From Macrostomum lignano (taxonomy: Eukaryota): a stretch of 64,000 bases of DNA. The notes below the pieces were generated by a model that had not been told where the DNA came from, did not search any database, and worked only from the letters and a program-made list of their open reading frames with translations. Shown piece after piece: positions 22,760 to 36,800 of the stretch (its first letter is position 1; every line of letters begins with the position of its first letter). A program made the position numbers and the translations under genes. The stretch covers positions 124,001-188,000 of the forward strand of contig NIVC01001848.1 in NCBI GenBank assembly GCA_002269645.1, read 5' to 3'.

Positions 22760-24240
22760 GTGAGATTTTGGAACATAAGTCTAAAGGTGAGATTTAGTAG
22801 TCAAACTCTAAGGGATGAGATTTGCGTGCTGAAGTCTAAAGGTGAGATTTTGAAGTAAAACTCGGGTGAGATTTTGAAGCAGAACTCTAAGGGGTGAGAC
22901 TTTGAAGTAGAACTCTAAGGGGTGAGATTTTGAAGTAGAACTCTAAGGGGTGAGACTTTGAAGTAGAACTCTGAGGGTGAGAAATTTTGAAGCAAAACTC
23001 TAAGTTGTGAGACTTTGAAATCGAAGTTTGAGGGGTGAGTAGAACTCTCAAGGGTGAGATTTGATTACCAAACTCTAAGGAGTGAGATTTGATTACCAAA
23101 CTCTAAGGAGTGAGATTTGATTACCAAAGTCTAAGGGGTGAGATTTGATTACCAAACTCTAAGGAGTGAGATTTGATTACCAAACTCTAAGGAGTGAGAT
23201 TTGATTACCAAAGTCTAAGGGTTGAGATTTGATTACCAAACTCTAAGGAGTGAGATTTGATTACCAAACTCTAAGGAGTGAGATTTGATTACCAAACTCT
23301 AAGGGTTGAGATTTGATTACCAAACTCTAAGGAGTGAGATTTGATTACCAAACTCTAAGGAGTGAGATTTGATTACCAAACTCTAAGGAGTGAGATTTGA
23401 TTACCAAAGTCTAAGGGTTGAGATTTGATTACCAAACTCTAAGGAGTGAGATTTGATTACCAAACTCTAAGGAGTGAGATTTGATTACCAAACTCTAAGG
23501 AGTGAGATATGATTACCAAACTCTAAGGAGTGAGATTTGATTACCAAACTCTAAGGAGTGAGATTTGATTACCAAACTCTAAGGAGTGAGATTTGATTAC
23601 CAAACTCTAAGGAGTGAGATTTGATTACCAAACTCTAAGGAGTGAGATTTGATTACCAAACTCTAAGGAGTGAGATTTGATTACCAAACTCTAAGGAGTG
23701 AGATTTGATTACCAAACTCTAAGGAGTGAGATTTGATTACCAAACTCTAAGGAGTGAGATTTGATTACCAAAGTCTAAGGGGTGAGATTTGATTACCAAA
23801 GTCTAAGGAGTGAGATTTGATTACCAAACTCTAAGGAGTGAGATTTGATTACCAAACTCTAAGGGGTGAGATTTGATTACCAAAGTCTAAGGAGTGAGAT
23901 TTGATTACCAAACTCTAAGGAGTGAGATTTGATTACCAAAGTCTAAGGGGTGAGATTTGATTACCAAAGTCTAAGGAGTGAGATTTGATTACCAAACTCT
24001 AAGGAGTGAGATTTGATTACCAAACTCTAAGGGGTGAGATTTGATTACCAAAGTCTAAGGAGTGAGATTTGATTACCAAAGTCTAAGGGGTGAGATTTGA
24101 TTACCAAACTCTAAGGGGTGAGATTTGATTACCAAAGTCTAAGGAGTGAGATTTGATTACCAAAGTCTAAGGGGTGAGATTTGATTACCAAAGTCTAAGG
24201 AGTGAGATTTGATTACCAAAGTCTAAGGGGTGAGATTTAA
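22760..24240. repeat. 28-bp minisatellite (gagtgagatttgattaccaaactctaag), ~43 homogeneous copies plus a degenerate left flank
   Basis: Period of 28 confirmed (23281 to 23309). Confidence 0.95.
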
Positions 24241-24896
24241 AATCGCTAAAAATTTCCAGTAAAATTATTCCGCTGTGCATCGAAGCATAGCGAGCCGAGT
24301 TCTCGGAGCACAGAGGCTTGCCACCTCATCTTCCCGTTGCCAGGCCGCAGTTTCCATTCTGAGCTAATAATTTCAACATTCCTTTAAATCAACTTTGAGC
24401 TGAGATTTTCCCAGTCTCCCCTCGGAATGTTCAATCGAATTGCAGGCTCAGTCAGTTTTTCAAGTTTAAGCCGTAAGCCCAGCAGGCAACCGCTAATCCT
24501 GCCCAAGCCTGCTAGGGGGAGATAATCCCCGCCCGAGGAGGGAGAAGTGCATGGGGAATGTCCACCGGTTCAGCCGAGCAATCCAATTCCCAGGCTCAGA
24601 CTTTGGAACATAGAAATTAATTAGTTGCCAGGTGCGAAGCAGTTTCTAATCGTCATCGAAATGAGCTTGTAAAGCGAGGCTGCACCTGTTCCCTTTATGC
24701 GGCTAAATATGAACTCCCGGGACTGAAGGGGGGCGCGAAAATTGGAGAAAATTTTGGGATCGGGTTCGAGATCGAGGAGAGATTGGGAAAATTCACCGCA
24801 TCAGTCTGCCATCGGCTTCGGCTTTAGTTCATGGCCTGAGATGAGGCTGGTGATAAACAGGACAGGTGCAAGACTGGAAAGAAGGGGAACGGGGAA

Positions 24897-27800
24897 GACA
24901 GACAGAGATCAGACAGGGGCAGACAGAAAGACAGACAGAAATCAGACAGGGGCAGACAGAAAGACAGACAGAGATCAGACAGGGGCAGACAGAAAGCCAG
25001 ACAGAAATCAGACAGGGGCAGACAGAAAGACAGACAGAGATCAGACAGGGGCAGACAGAAAGACAGACAGAGATCAGACAGGGGCAGACTGACAGACAGA
25101 CAGAGAACAGACAGGGGCAGACAGACAGACAGACAGATATAAGACAGGGGCGGACAGAAAGACAGACAGAGATCAGACAGGGGCAGACAGAAAGACAGAC
25201 AGAGATCAGACAGGGGCAGACAGAAAGACAGACAGAGATCAGACAGGGGCAGACAGAAAGACAGACAGAGATCAGACAGGGGCAGACAGAAAGACAGACA
25301 GAGATCAGACAGGGGCAGACAGACAGACAGAGACAGGCAGGGGCAGACAGGCATGGGGCAGACAGGCATGGGGCAGACAGGCAGGGGCAGACAGGCATGG
25401 GGCAGACAGGCATGGGGCAGACAGGCAGGGGCAGACAGGCATGGGGCAGACAGGCATGGGGCAGACAGGCATGAGGCAGACAGGCAGGGGCAGACAGGCA
25501 GGGGCAGACAGGCAGGGGCAGACAGGCAGGGGGCAGACAGGCAGGGGCAGACAGGCAGGGGCAGACAGGCAGGGGGCAGACAGGCAGGGGGCAGACAGGC
25601 AGGGGCAGACAGGCAGGGGCAGACAGGCAGGAGCAGACAGGCATGGGGCAGACAGGCAGGGGGCTGACAGGCATGGGGCAGACAGGCATGGGGCTGACAG
25701 GCATGGGGCAGACAGGCATGGGGCAGACAGGCAAGGGATACAGGCAGGGGCAGACAGGCAGGGGGCTGACAGGCATGGGGCAGACAGGCAGGGGGCTGAC
25801 AGGCATGGGGCAGACAGGCAGGGGCTGACAGGCAGGGGGCAGACAGGCAAGGGATACAGGCAGGGGCAGACAGGCAGGGGCAGACAGGCAAGGGATACAG
25901 GCATGGGGCAGACAGGCAGGGGGCAGACAGGCAGGGGATACAGGCATGGGGCAGACAGGCAGGGGGCTGACAGGCATGGGGCAGACAGGCAGGGGGCTGA
26001 CAGGCAGGGGCAGACAGGCAGGGGATACAGGCATGGGGCAGACAGGCAGGGGGCAGACAGGCAAGGGATACAGGCAGGGGCAGACAGGCAGGGGGCTGAC
26101 AGGCATGGGGCAGACAGGCAGGGGGCTGACAGGCAGGGGGCTGACAGGCAGGGGATACAGGCATGGGGCAGACAGGCAGGGGGCAGACAGGCAGGGGATA
26201 CAGGCATGGGGCAGACAGGCAGGGGGCTGACAGGCATGGGGCAGACAGGCAGGGGGCTGACAGGCAGGGGGCAGACAGGCATGGGGCAGACAGGCAGGGG
26301 GCTGACAGGCAGGGGGCTGACAGGCAGGGGATACAGGCATGGGGCAGACAGGCAGGGGGCTGACAGGCATGGGGCAGACAGGCAGGGGGCTGACAGGCAG
26401 GGGGCAGACAGGCATGGGGCAGACAGGCAAGGGATACAGGCAGGGGCAGACAGGCAGGGGGCTGACAGGCATGGGGCAGACAGGCAGGGGGCTGACAGGC
26501 AGGGGCAGACAGGCAGGGGATACAGGCATGGGGCAGACAGGCAGGGGGCAGACAGGCAGGGGATACAGGCATGGGGCAGACAGGCATGGGGCAGACAGGC
26601 AAGGGATACAGGCAGGGGCAGACAGGAAGGGGCTGACAGGCATGGGGCAGACAGGCAGGGGGCTGACAGGCAGGGGCAGACAGGCAGGGGATACAGGCAT
26701 GGGGCAGACAGGCAGGGGGCAGACAGGCAGGGGATACAGGCAGGGGCAGACAGGCAGGGGGCTGACAGGCAGGGGATACAGGCATGGGGCAGACAGGCAG
26801 GGGGCTGACAGGCATGGGATACAGGCAGGAGCAGACAGGCAGGGGGCTGACAGGCATGGGGCAGACAGGCAGGGGGCTGACAGGCAGGGGGCTGACAGGC
26901 AGGGGATACAGGCATGGGGCAGACAGGCAGGGGGCTGACAGGCATGGGGCAGACAGGCAGGGGGCTGACAGGCAGGGGGCAGACAGGCATGGTGCAGACA
27001 GGCAAAAGATACAGGCAGGGGCAGACAGGCAGGGGGCTGACAGGCATGGGGCAGACAGGCAGGGGGCTGACAGGCAGGGGCAGACAGGCAGGGGATACAG
27101 GCATGGGGCAGACAGGCAGGGGGCTGACAGGCATGGGGCAGACAGGCAGGGGGCTGACAGGCAGGGGGCAGACAGGCATGGGGCAGACAGGCAGGGGGCT
27201 GACAGGCAGGGGGCTGACAGGCAGGGGATACAGGCATGGGGCAGACAGGCAGGGGGCTGACAGGCATGGGGCAGACAGGCAGGGGGCTGACAGGCAGGGG
27301 GCAGACAGGCATGGGGCAGACAGGCAAGGGATACAGGCAGGGGCAGACAGGCAGGGGGCTGACAGGCATGGGGCAGACAGGCAGGGGGCTGACAGGCAGG
27401 GGCAGACAGGCAGGGGATACAGGCATGGGGCAGACAGGCAGGGGGCTGACAGGCAGGGGATACAGGCATGGGGCAGACAGGCAGGGGGCTGACAGGCATG
27501 GGGCAGACAGGCAGGGGGCTGAGAGGCAGGGGGCAGACAGGCAGGGGGCTGACAGGCAGGGGCAGACAGGCAGGGGATACAGGCATGGGGCAGACAGGCA
27601 GGGGGCAGACAGGCAGGGGGCAGACAGGCAAGGGATACAGGCAGGGGCAGACAGGCAGGGGGCTGACAGGCATGGGGCAGACAGGCAGGGGCTGACAGGC
27701 ATGAGGCAGACAGGCAGGGGCTGACAGGCAGGGGGCTGACAGGCAGGGGATACAGGCATGGGGCAGACAGGCAGGGGGCTGACAGGCATGGGATACAGGC

Positions 27801-30800
27801 AGGAGCAGACAGGCAGGGGGCTGACAGGCAGGGGGCTGACAGGCAGGGGATACAGGCATGGGGCAAACAGGCAGGGGGCTGACAGGCATGGGGCAGACAG
27901 GCAGGGGGCTGACAGGCAGGGGGCAGACAGGCATGGGGCAGACAGGCAAGGGATACAGGCAGGGGCAGACAGGCAGGGGCTGACAGGCATGGGGCAGACA
28001 GGCAGGGGGCTGACAGGCATGGGGCAGACAGGCAGGGGATACAGGCATGGGGCAGACGGGCAGGGGGCAGACAGGCAGGGGATACAGGCATGGGGCAGAC
28101 AGGCAGGGGGCTGACAGGCATGGGGCAGACAGGCAGGGGGCTGACAGGCAGGGGGCAGACAGGCATGGGGCAGACAGGCATGGGGCAGACAGGCAGGGGG
28201 CTGACAGGCAGGGGGCTGACAGGCAGGGGATACAGGCATGGGGCAGACAGGCAGGGGGCTGACAGGCATGGGGCAGACAGGCAGGGGCTGACAGGCAGGG
28301 GGCAGACAGGCATGGGGCAGACAGGCAAGGGATACAGGCAGGGGCAGACAGGCAGGGGCTGACAGGCATGGGGCAGACAGGCAGGGGGCTGACAGGCATG
28401 GGGCAGACAGGCATGGGGCAGACAGGCAGGGGGCTGACAGGCAGGGGGCTGACAGGCAGGGGATACAGGCATGGGGCAGACAGGCAGGGGGCTGACAGGC
28501 ATGGGGCAGACAGGCAGGGGGCAGACAGGCATGGGGCAGACAGGCAAGGGATACAGGCAGGGGCAGAAAGGCAGGGGGCTGACAGGCATGGGGCAGACAG
28601 GCAGGGGGCAGACAGGCAGGGGGCTGACAGGCAGGGGGCTGACAGGCAGGGGATACAGGCATGGGGCAGACAGGCAGGGGGCTGACAGGCAGGGGCAGAC
28701 AGGCAGGGGATACAGGCATGAGGCAGACAGGCAGGGGGCAGACAGGCAGGGGATACAGGCATGGGGCAGACAGGCATGGGGCAGACAGGCAAGGGATACA
28801 GGCAGGGGCAGACAGGCAGGGGGCTGACAGGCATGGGGCAGACAGGCAGGGGGCTGACAGGCAGGGGCAGACAGGCAGGGGATACAGGCATGGGGCAGAC
28901 AGGCAGGGGCAGACAGGCAGGGGATACAGGCATGGGGCAGACAGGCAGGGGCTGACAGGCATGGGGCAGACAGGCAGGGGGCTGACAGGCAGGGGGCAGA
29001 CAGGCAGGGGGCTGACAGGCAGGGGGCTGACAGGCAGGGGATACATGCATGGGGCAGACAGGCAGGGGGCTGACAGGCATGGGGCAGACAGGCAGGGGGC
29101 TGACAGGCAGGGGGCAGACAGGCATGGGGCAGACAGGCAAGGGATACAGGCAGGGGCAGACAGGCAGGGGCTGACAGGCAGGGGCAGACAGGCAGGGGAT
29201 ACAGGCATGGGGCTGACAGGCAGGGGATACAGGCATGGGGCAGACAGGCAGGGGCTGACAGGCATGGGGCAGACAGGCATGGGGCAGACAGGCAGGGGGC
29301 TGACAGGCAGGGGGCTGACAGGCAGGGGATACAGGCATGGGGCAGACAGGCAGGGGCTGACAGGCATGGGGCAGACAGGCAGGGGGCTGACAGGCAGGGG
29401 GCAGAAAGGCATGGGGCAGACAGGCAAGGGATACAGGCAGGGGCAGACAGGCAGGGGCTGACAGGCATGGGGCAGACAGGCAGGGGGCTGACAGGCAGGG
29501 CAGACAGGCAGGGGATACAGGCATGGGGCAGACAGGCAGGGGGCAGACAGGCAGGGGATACAGGCATGGGGCAGACAGGCAGGGGCAGAAAGGCAAGGGA
29601 TACAGGCAGGGGCAGACAGGCAGGGGGCTGACAGGCATGGGGCAGACAGGCAGGGGGCTGACAGGCAGGGGCAGACAGGCAGGGGATACAGGCATGGGGC
29701 AGACAGGCAGGGGGCAGACAGGCAGGGGCTGACAGGCAGGGGGCAGACAGGCAGGGGCTGACAGGCAGGGGGCAGACAGGCATGGGGCAGACAGGCAAGG
29801 GATACAGGCAGGGGCAGACAGGCAGGGGGCTGACAGGCATGGGGCAGACAGGCAGTGGGCTGACAGGCAGGGGCAGACAGGCAGGGGATACAGGCATGGG
29901 GCAGACAGGCAGGGGGCTGACAGGCATGGGGCAGACAGGCAGGGGGCAGACAGGCATGGGGCAGACAGGCAGGGGCTGACAGGCAGGGGCTGACAGGCAG
30001 GGGATACAGGCATGGGGCAGACAGGCAGGGGGCTGACAGGCATGGGGCAGACAGGCAGGGGGCTGACAGGCAGGGGCAGACAGGCATGGGGCAGACAGGC
30101 AAGGGATACAGGCAGGGGCAGACAGGCAGGGGGCTGACAGGCATGGGGCAGACAGGCAGGGGCTGACAGGCAGGGGATACAGGCATGGGGCAGAAGGCAG
30201 GGGGCAGACAGGCAGGGGCAGACAGGCAGGGGGCTGACAGGCAGGGGGCAGACAGGCATGGGGCAGACAGGCAGGGGCTGACAGGCAGGGGCTGACAGGC
30301 AGGGATACAGGCATGGGGCAGACAGGCAGGGGGCTGACAGGCATGGGGCAGACAGGCAGGGGCTGACAGGCAGGGGCAGACAGGCATGGGGCTGACAGGC
30401 AGGGGCTGACAGGCAGGGGATACAGGCATGGGGCAGACAGGCAGGGGGCTGACAGGCATGGGATACAGGCAGGAGCAGACAGGCAGGGGGCTGACAGGCA
30501 TGGGGCAGACAGGCAGGGGGCTGACAGGCAGGGGCTGACAGGCAGGGGATACAGGCATGGGGCAAACAGGCAGGGGCTGACAGGCATGGGGCAGACAGGC
30601 AGGGGCTGACAGGCAGGGGGCAGACAGGCATGGGGCAGACAGGCAAGGGATACAGGCAGGGGCAGACAGGCATGGGGTACACAGGCATGGGGCAGACAGG
30701 CAGGGGGCTGACAGGCAGGGGGCTGACAGGCAGGGGATACAGGCATGGGGCAGACAGGCAGGGGGCTGACAGGCATGGGGCAGACAGGCATGGGGCAGAC

Positions 30801-33800
30801 AGGCAGGGGATACAGGCATGGGGCAGACAGGCAGGGGGCTGACAGGCATGGGGCAGACAGGCAGGGGGCTGACAGGCAGGGGGCAGACAGGCATGGGGCA
30901 GACAGGCAAGGGATACAGGCAGGGGCAGACAGGCAGGGGGCTGACAGGCATGGGGCAGACAGGCAGGGGGCAGACAGGCAGGGGGCTGACAGGCAGGGGG
31001 CTGACAGGCAGGGGATACAGGCATGGGGCAGACAGGCAGGGGGCTGACAGGCAGGGGACACAGGCATGGGGCAGACAGGCATGGGGCAGACAGGCAAGGG
31101 ATACAGGCAGGGGCAGACAGGCAGGGGGCTGACAGGCATGGGGCAGACAGGCAGGGGCTGACAGGCAGGGGCAGACAGGCAGGGGATACAGGCATGGGGC
31201 AGACAGGCAGGGGCAGACAGGCAGGGGATACAGGCATGGGGCAGACAGGCAGGGGGCTGACAGGCATGGGCAGACAGGCAGGGGGCTGACAGGCAGGGGG
31301 CAGACAGGCATGGGGCAGACAGGCAAGGGATACAGGCAGGGGCAGACAGGCAGGGGGCTGACAGGCAGGGGCAGACAGGCATGGGGCAGACAGGCAGGGG
31401 CTGACAGGCAGGGGATACAGGCATGGGGCAGACAGGCAGGGGCTGACAGGCATGGGATACAGGCAGGAGCAGACAGGCAGGGGGCTGACAGGCATGGGCA
31501 GACAGGCAGGGGCTGACAGGCAGGAGGCTGGCAGGCAGGGGATACAGGCATGGGGCAAACAGGCAGGGGGCTGACAGGCATGGGGCAGACAGGCAGGATG
31601 CTGACAGGCAGGGGGCAGACAGGCATGGGGCAGACAGGCAAGGGATACAGGCAGGGGCAGACAGGCAGGGGATACAGGCATGGGGCTGACAGGCAGGGGA
31701 TACAGGCATGGGGCAGACAGGCAGGGGGGCTGACAGGCATGGGGCAGACAGGCAGGGGGCTGACAGGCAGGGGGCAGACAGGCATGGGGCAGACAGGCAA
31801 GGGATACAGGCAGGGGCAGACAGGCAGGGGGCTGACAGGCATGGGGCAGACAGGCAGGGGCTGACAGGCATGGGGCAGACAGGCAGGGGGCTGACAGGCA
31901 GGGGATACAGGCATGGGGCAGACAGGCAGGGGGCTGACAGGCATGGGATACAGGCAGGTGCAGACAGGCAGGGGGCTGACAGGCATGGGGCAGACAGGCA
32001 GGGGCTGACAGGCAGGAGGCTGGCAGGCAGGGATACAGGCATGGGGCAAACAGGCAGGGGGCTGACAGGCATGGGGCAGACAGGCAGGGGGCTGACAGGC
32101 AGGGGGCAGACAGGCATGGGGCAGACAGGCAGGGGATACAGGCATGGGGCAGACAGGCAGGGGGCTGACAGGCATGGGGCAGACAGGCATGGGGCAGACA
32201 GGCAGGGGATACAGGCATGGGGCAGACAGGCAGGGGGCTGACAGGCATGGGCAGACAGGCAGGGGGCTGACAGGCAGGGGCAGACAGGCATGGGGCAGAC
32301 AGGCAAGGGATACAGGCAGGGGCAGACAGGCAGGGGGCTGACAGGCATGGGGCAGACAGGCAGGGGCAGACAGGCAGGGGGCTGACAGGCAGGGGGCTGA
32401 CAGGCAGGGGATACAGGCATGGGGCAGACAGGCAGGGGGCTGACAGGCAGGGGACACAGGCATGGGGCAGACAGGCATGGGGCAGACAGGCAAGGGATAC
32501 AGGCAGGGGCAGACAGGCAGGGGCTGACAGGCATGGGGCAGACAGGCAGGGGGCTGACAGGCAGGGGCAGACAGGCAGGGGATACAGGCATGGGGCAGAC
32601 AGGCAGGGGCAGACAGGCAGGGGATACAGGCATGGGGCAGACAGGCAGGGGGCTGACAGGCATGGGGCAGACAGGCAGGGGGCTGACAGGCAGGGGCAGA
32701 CAGGCATGGGGCAGACAGGCAAGGGATACAGGCAGGGGCAGACAGGCAGGGGGCTGACAGGCAGGGGCAGACAGGCATGGGGCAGACAGGCAGGGGCTGA
32801 CAGGCAGGGGATACAGGCATGGGGCAGACAGGCAGGGGGCTGACAGGCATGGGATACAGGCAGGAGCAGACAGGCAGGGGGCTGACAGGCATGGGGCAGA
32901 CAGGCAGGGGGCTGACAGGCAGGAGGCTGGCAGGCAGGGGATACAGGCATGGGGCAAACAGGCAGGGGGCTGACAGGCATGGGGCAGACAGGCAGGATGC
33001 TGACAGGCAGGGGGCAGACAGGCATGGGGCAGACAGGCAAGGGATACAGGCAGGGGCAGACAGGCAGGGGATACAGGCATGGGGCTGACAGGCAGGGGAT
33101 ACAGGCATGGGGCAGACAGGCAGGGGGCTGACAGGCATGGGGCAGACAGGCAGGGGGCTGACAGGCAGGGGCAGACAGGCATGGGGCAGACAGGCAAGGG
33201 ATACAGGCAGGGGCAGACAGGCAGGGGGCTGACAGGCATGGGGCAGACAGGCAGGGGGCTGACAGGCATGGGGCAGACAGGCAGGGGGCTGACAGGCAGG
33301 GGATACAGGCATGGGGCAGACAGGCAGGGGCTGACAGGCATGGGATACAGGCAGGTGCAGACAGGCAGGGGGCTGACAGGCATGGGGCAGACAGGCAGGG
33401 GGCTGACAGGCAGGAGGCTGGCAGGCAGGGGATACAGGCATGGGGCAAACAGGCAGGGGGCTGACAGGCATGGGGCAGACAGGCAGGGGGCTGACAGGCA
33501 GGGGCAGACAGGCATGGGGCAGACAGGCAAGGGATACAGGCAGGGGCAGACAGGCAGGGGCTGACAGGCATGGGGCAGACAGGCAGGGGGCTGACAGGCA
33601 TGGGGCAGACAGGCAGGGGGCTGACAGGCAGGGGCAGACAGGCAAGGGATACAGGCAGGGGCAGACAGGCAGGGGCAGACAGGCAAGGGATACAGGCATG
33701 GGGCAGACAGGCAAGGGATTCAGGCAGGGGCAGACAGGCAAGGGATACAGGCAGGGGCAGACAGGCAAGGGATACAGGTAGGGGCAGACAGGCAAGGGAT

Positions 33801-36800
33801 ACAGGCAGGGGCAGACAGGCAAGGGATATAGGCAGGGGCAGACAGGCAAGGGATACAGGCAGGGGCAGACAGGCAAGGGATACAGGTAGGGGCAGACAGG
33901 CAGGGGCAGACAGGCAGGGGCAGACAGGCAAGGGATACAGGCAGGGGCAGACAGGCAAGGGATACAGGCAGGGGCAGACAGGCAAGGGATACAGGCAGGG
34001 GCAGACAGGCAAGGGATACAGGTAGGGGCAGACAGGCATGGGGCAGACAGGCAGGGGCAGACAGGCAGGGGCAGACAGGCAGGGGCAGACAGGCAAGGGA
34101 TACAGGCAGGGGCAGACAGGCAAGGGGCAGACAGGCAGGGGCAGACAGGCAGGGGCAGACAGGCAGGGGCAGACAGGCAGGGGCAGACAGGCAAGGGATA
34201 CAGGCAGGGGCAGACAGGCAAGGGATACAGGTAGGGGCAGACAGGCATGGGGCAGACAGGCAGGGGCAGACAGGCAGGGGCAGACAGGCAAGGGATACAG
34301 GCAGGGGCAGACAGGCAAGGGATACAGGCAGGGGCAGACAGGCAAGGGATACAGGTAGGGGCAGACAGGCATGGGGCAGACAGGCAGGGGCAGACAGGCA
34401 GGGGCAGACAGGCAGGGGCAGACAGGCAAGGGATACAGGCAGGGGCAGACAGGCAGGGGCAGACAGGCAAGGGGCATACAGGCAGGGGCAGACAGGCAGG
34501 GGCAGACAGGCAGGGGCAGACAGGCAGGGGCAGACAGGCAAGGGATACAGGCAGGGGCAGACAGGCAAGGGATACAGGCAGGGGCAGACAGGCAAGGGAT
34601 ACAGGCAGGGGCAGACAGGCAAGGGATACAGGCAGGGGAAGACAGGCAGGGGGCTGACAGGCATGGGGCAGACAGGCAGGGGGCTGACAGGCATGGGGCA
34701 GACAGGCAGGGGGCTGACAGGCAGGGGATACAGGCATGGGGCAGACAGGCAGGGGCTGACAGGCATGGGATACAGGCAGGAGCAGACAGGCAGGGGCTGA
34801 CAAGCATGGGGCAGACAGGCAGGGGGCTGACAGGCAGGAGGCTGGCAGGCAGGGGATACAGGCATGGGGCAAACAGGCAGGGGCTGACAGGCATGGGCAG
34901 ACAGGCAGGGGGCTGACAGGCAGGGGGCAGACAGGCATGGGCAGACAGGCAAGGGATACAGGCAGGGGCAGACAGGCAGGGGCTGACAGGCATGGGGCAG
35001 ACAGGCAGGGGCTGACAGGCATGGGGCAGACAGGCAGGGGCTGACAGGCAGGGGGCAGACAGGCAAGGGATACAGGCAGAGGCAGACAGGCAGGGGCAGA
35101 CAGGCAAGGGATACAGGCATGGGGCAGACAGGCAAGGGATTCAGGCAGGGGCAGACAGGCAAGGGATACAGGCTGGGGCAGACAGGCAAGGGATACAGGT
35201 AGGGGCAGACAGGCAAGGGATACAGGCAGGGGCAGACAGGCAAGGGATACAGGCAGGGGCAGACAGGCAAGGGATACAGGCAGGGGCAGACAGGCAAGGG
35301 ATACAGGTAGGGGCAGACAGGCATGGGGCAGACAGGCAGGGGCAGACAGGCAGGGGCAGACAGGCAAGGGATACAGGCATGGGGCAGACAGGCAAGGGAT
35401 TCAGGCAGGGGCAGACAGGCAAGGGATACAGGCATGGGGCAAACAGGCAGGGGGCTGACAGGCATGGGGCAGACAGGCAGGTGGCTGACAGGCAGGGGGC
35501 AGACAGGCATGGGGCAGACAGGCAAGGGATACAGGCAGGGGCAGACAGGCATGGGGCAGACAGGCATGGGGCAGACAGGCAGGTGGCTGACAGGCAGGGG
35601 CTGACAGGCAGGGGATACAGGCATGGGGCAGACAGGCAGGGGGCTGACAGGCATGGGGCAGACAGGCATGGGGCAGACAGGCAGGGGATACAGGCATGGG
35701 GCAGACAGGCAGGGGCTGACAGGCATGGGGCAGACAGGCAGGGGGCTGACAGGCAGGGGGCAGACAGGCATGGGGCAGACAGGCAAGGGATACAGGCAGG
35801 GGCAGACAGGCAGGGGGCTGACAGGCAGGGGCAGACAGGCATGGGGCAGACAGGCAGGGGGCTGACAGGCAGGGGATACAGGCATGGGGCAGACAGGCAG
35901 GGGGCTGACAGGCATGGGATACAGGCAGGAGCAGACAGGCAGGGGGCTGACAGGCATGGGGCAGACAGGCAGGGGGCTGACAGGCAGGAGGCTGGCAGGC
36001 AGGGGATACAGGCATGGGGCAAACAGGCAGGGGGCTGACAGGCATGGGGCAGACAGGCAGGATGCTGACAGGCAGGGGCAGACAGGCATGGGCAGACAGG
36101 CAAGGGATACAGGCAGGGGCAGACAGGCAGGGGATACAGGCATGGGGCTGACAGGCAGGGGATACAGGCATGGGGCAGACAGGCAGGGGGCTGACAGGCA
36201 TGGGGCAGACAGGCAGGGGGCTGACAGGCAGGGGGCAGACAGGCATGGGGCAGACAGGCAAGGGATACAGGCAGGGGCAGACAGGCAGGGGGCTGACAGG
36301 CATGGGGCAGACAGGCAGGGGGCTGACAGGCATGGGGCAGACAGGCAGGGGGCTGACAGGCAGGGGATACAGGCATGGGGCAGACAGGCAGGGGGCTGAC
36401 AGGCATGGGATACAGGCAGGTGCAGACAGGCAGGGGGCTGACAGGCATGGGGCAGACAGGCAGGGGGCTGACAGGCAGGAGGCTGGCAGGCAGGGGATAC
36501 AGGCATGGGGCAAACAGGCAGGGGCTGACAGGCATGGGGCAGACAGGCAGGGGCTGACAGGCAGGGGGCAGACAGGCATGGGGCAGACAGGCAAGGGATA
36601 CAGGCAGGGGCAGACAGGCAGGGGGCTGACAGGCATGGGGCAGACAGGCAGGGGGCTGACAGGCATGGGGCAGACAGGCAGGGGCTGACAGGCAGGGGGC
36701 AGACAGGCAAGGGATACAGGCAGGGGCAGACAGGCAGGGGCAGACAGGCAAGGGATACAGGCATGGGGCAGACAGGCAAGGGATTCAGGCAGGGGCAGAC

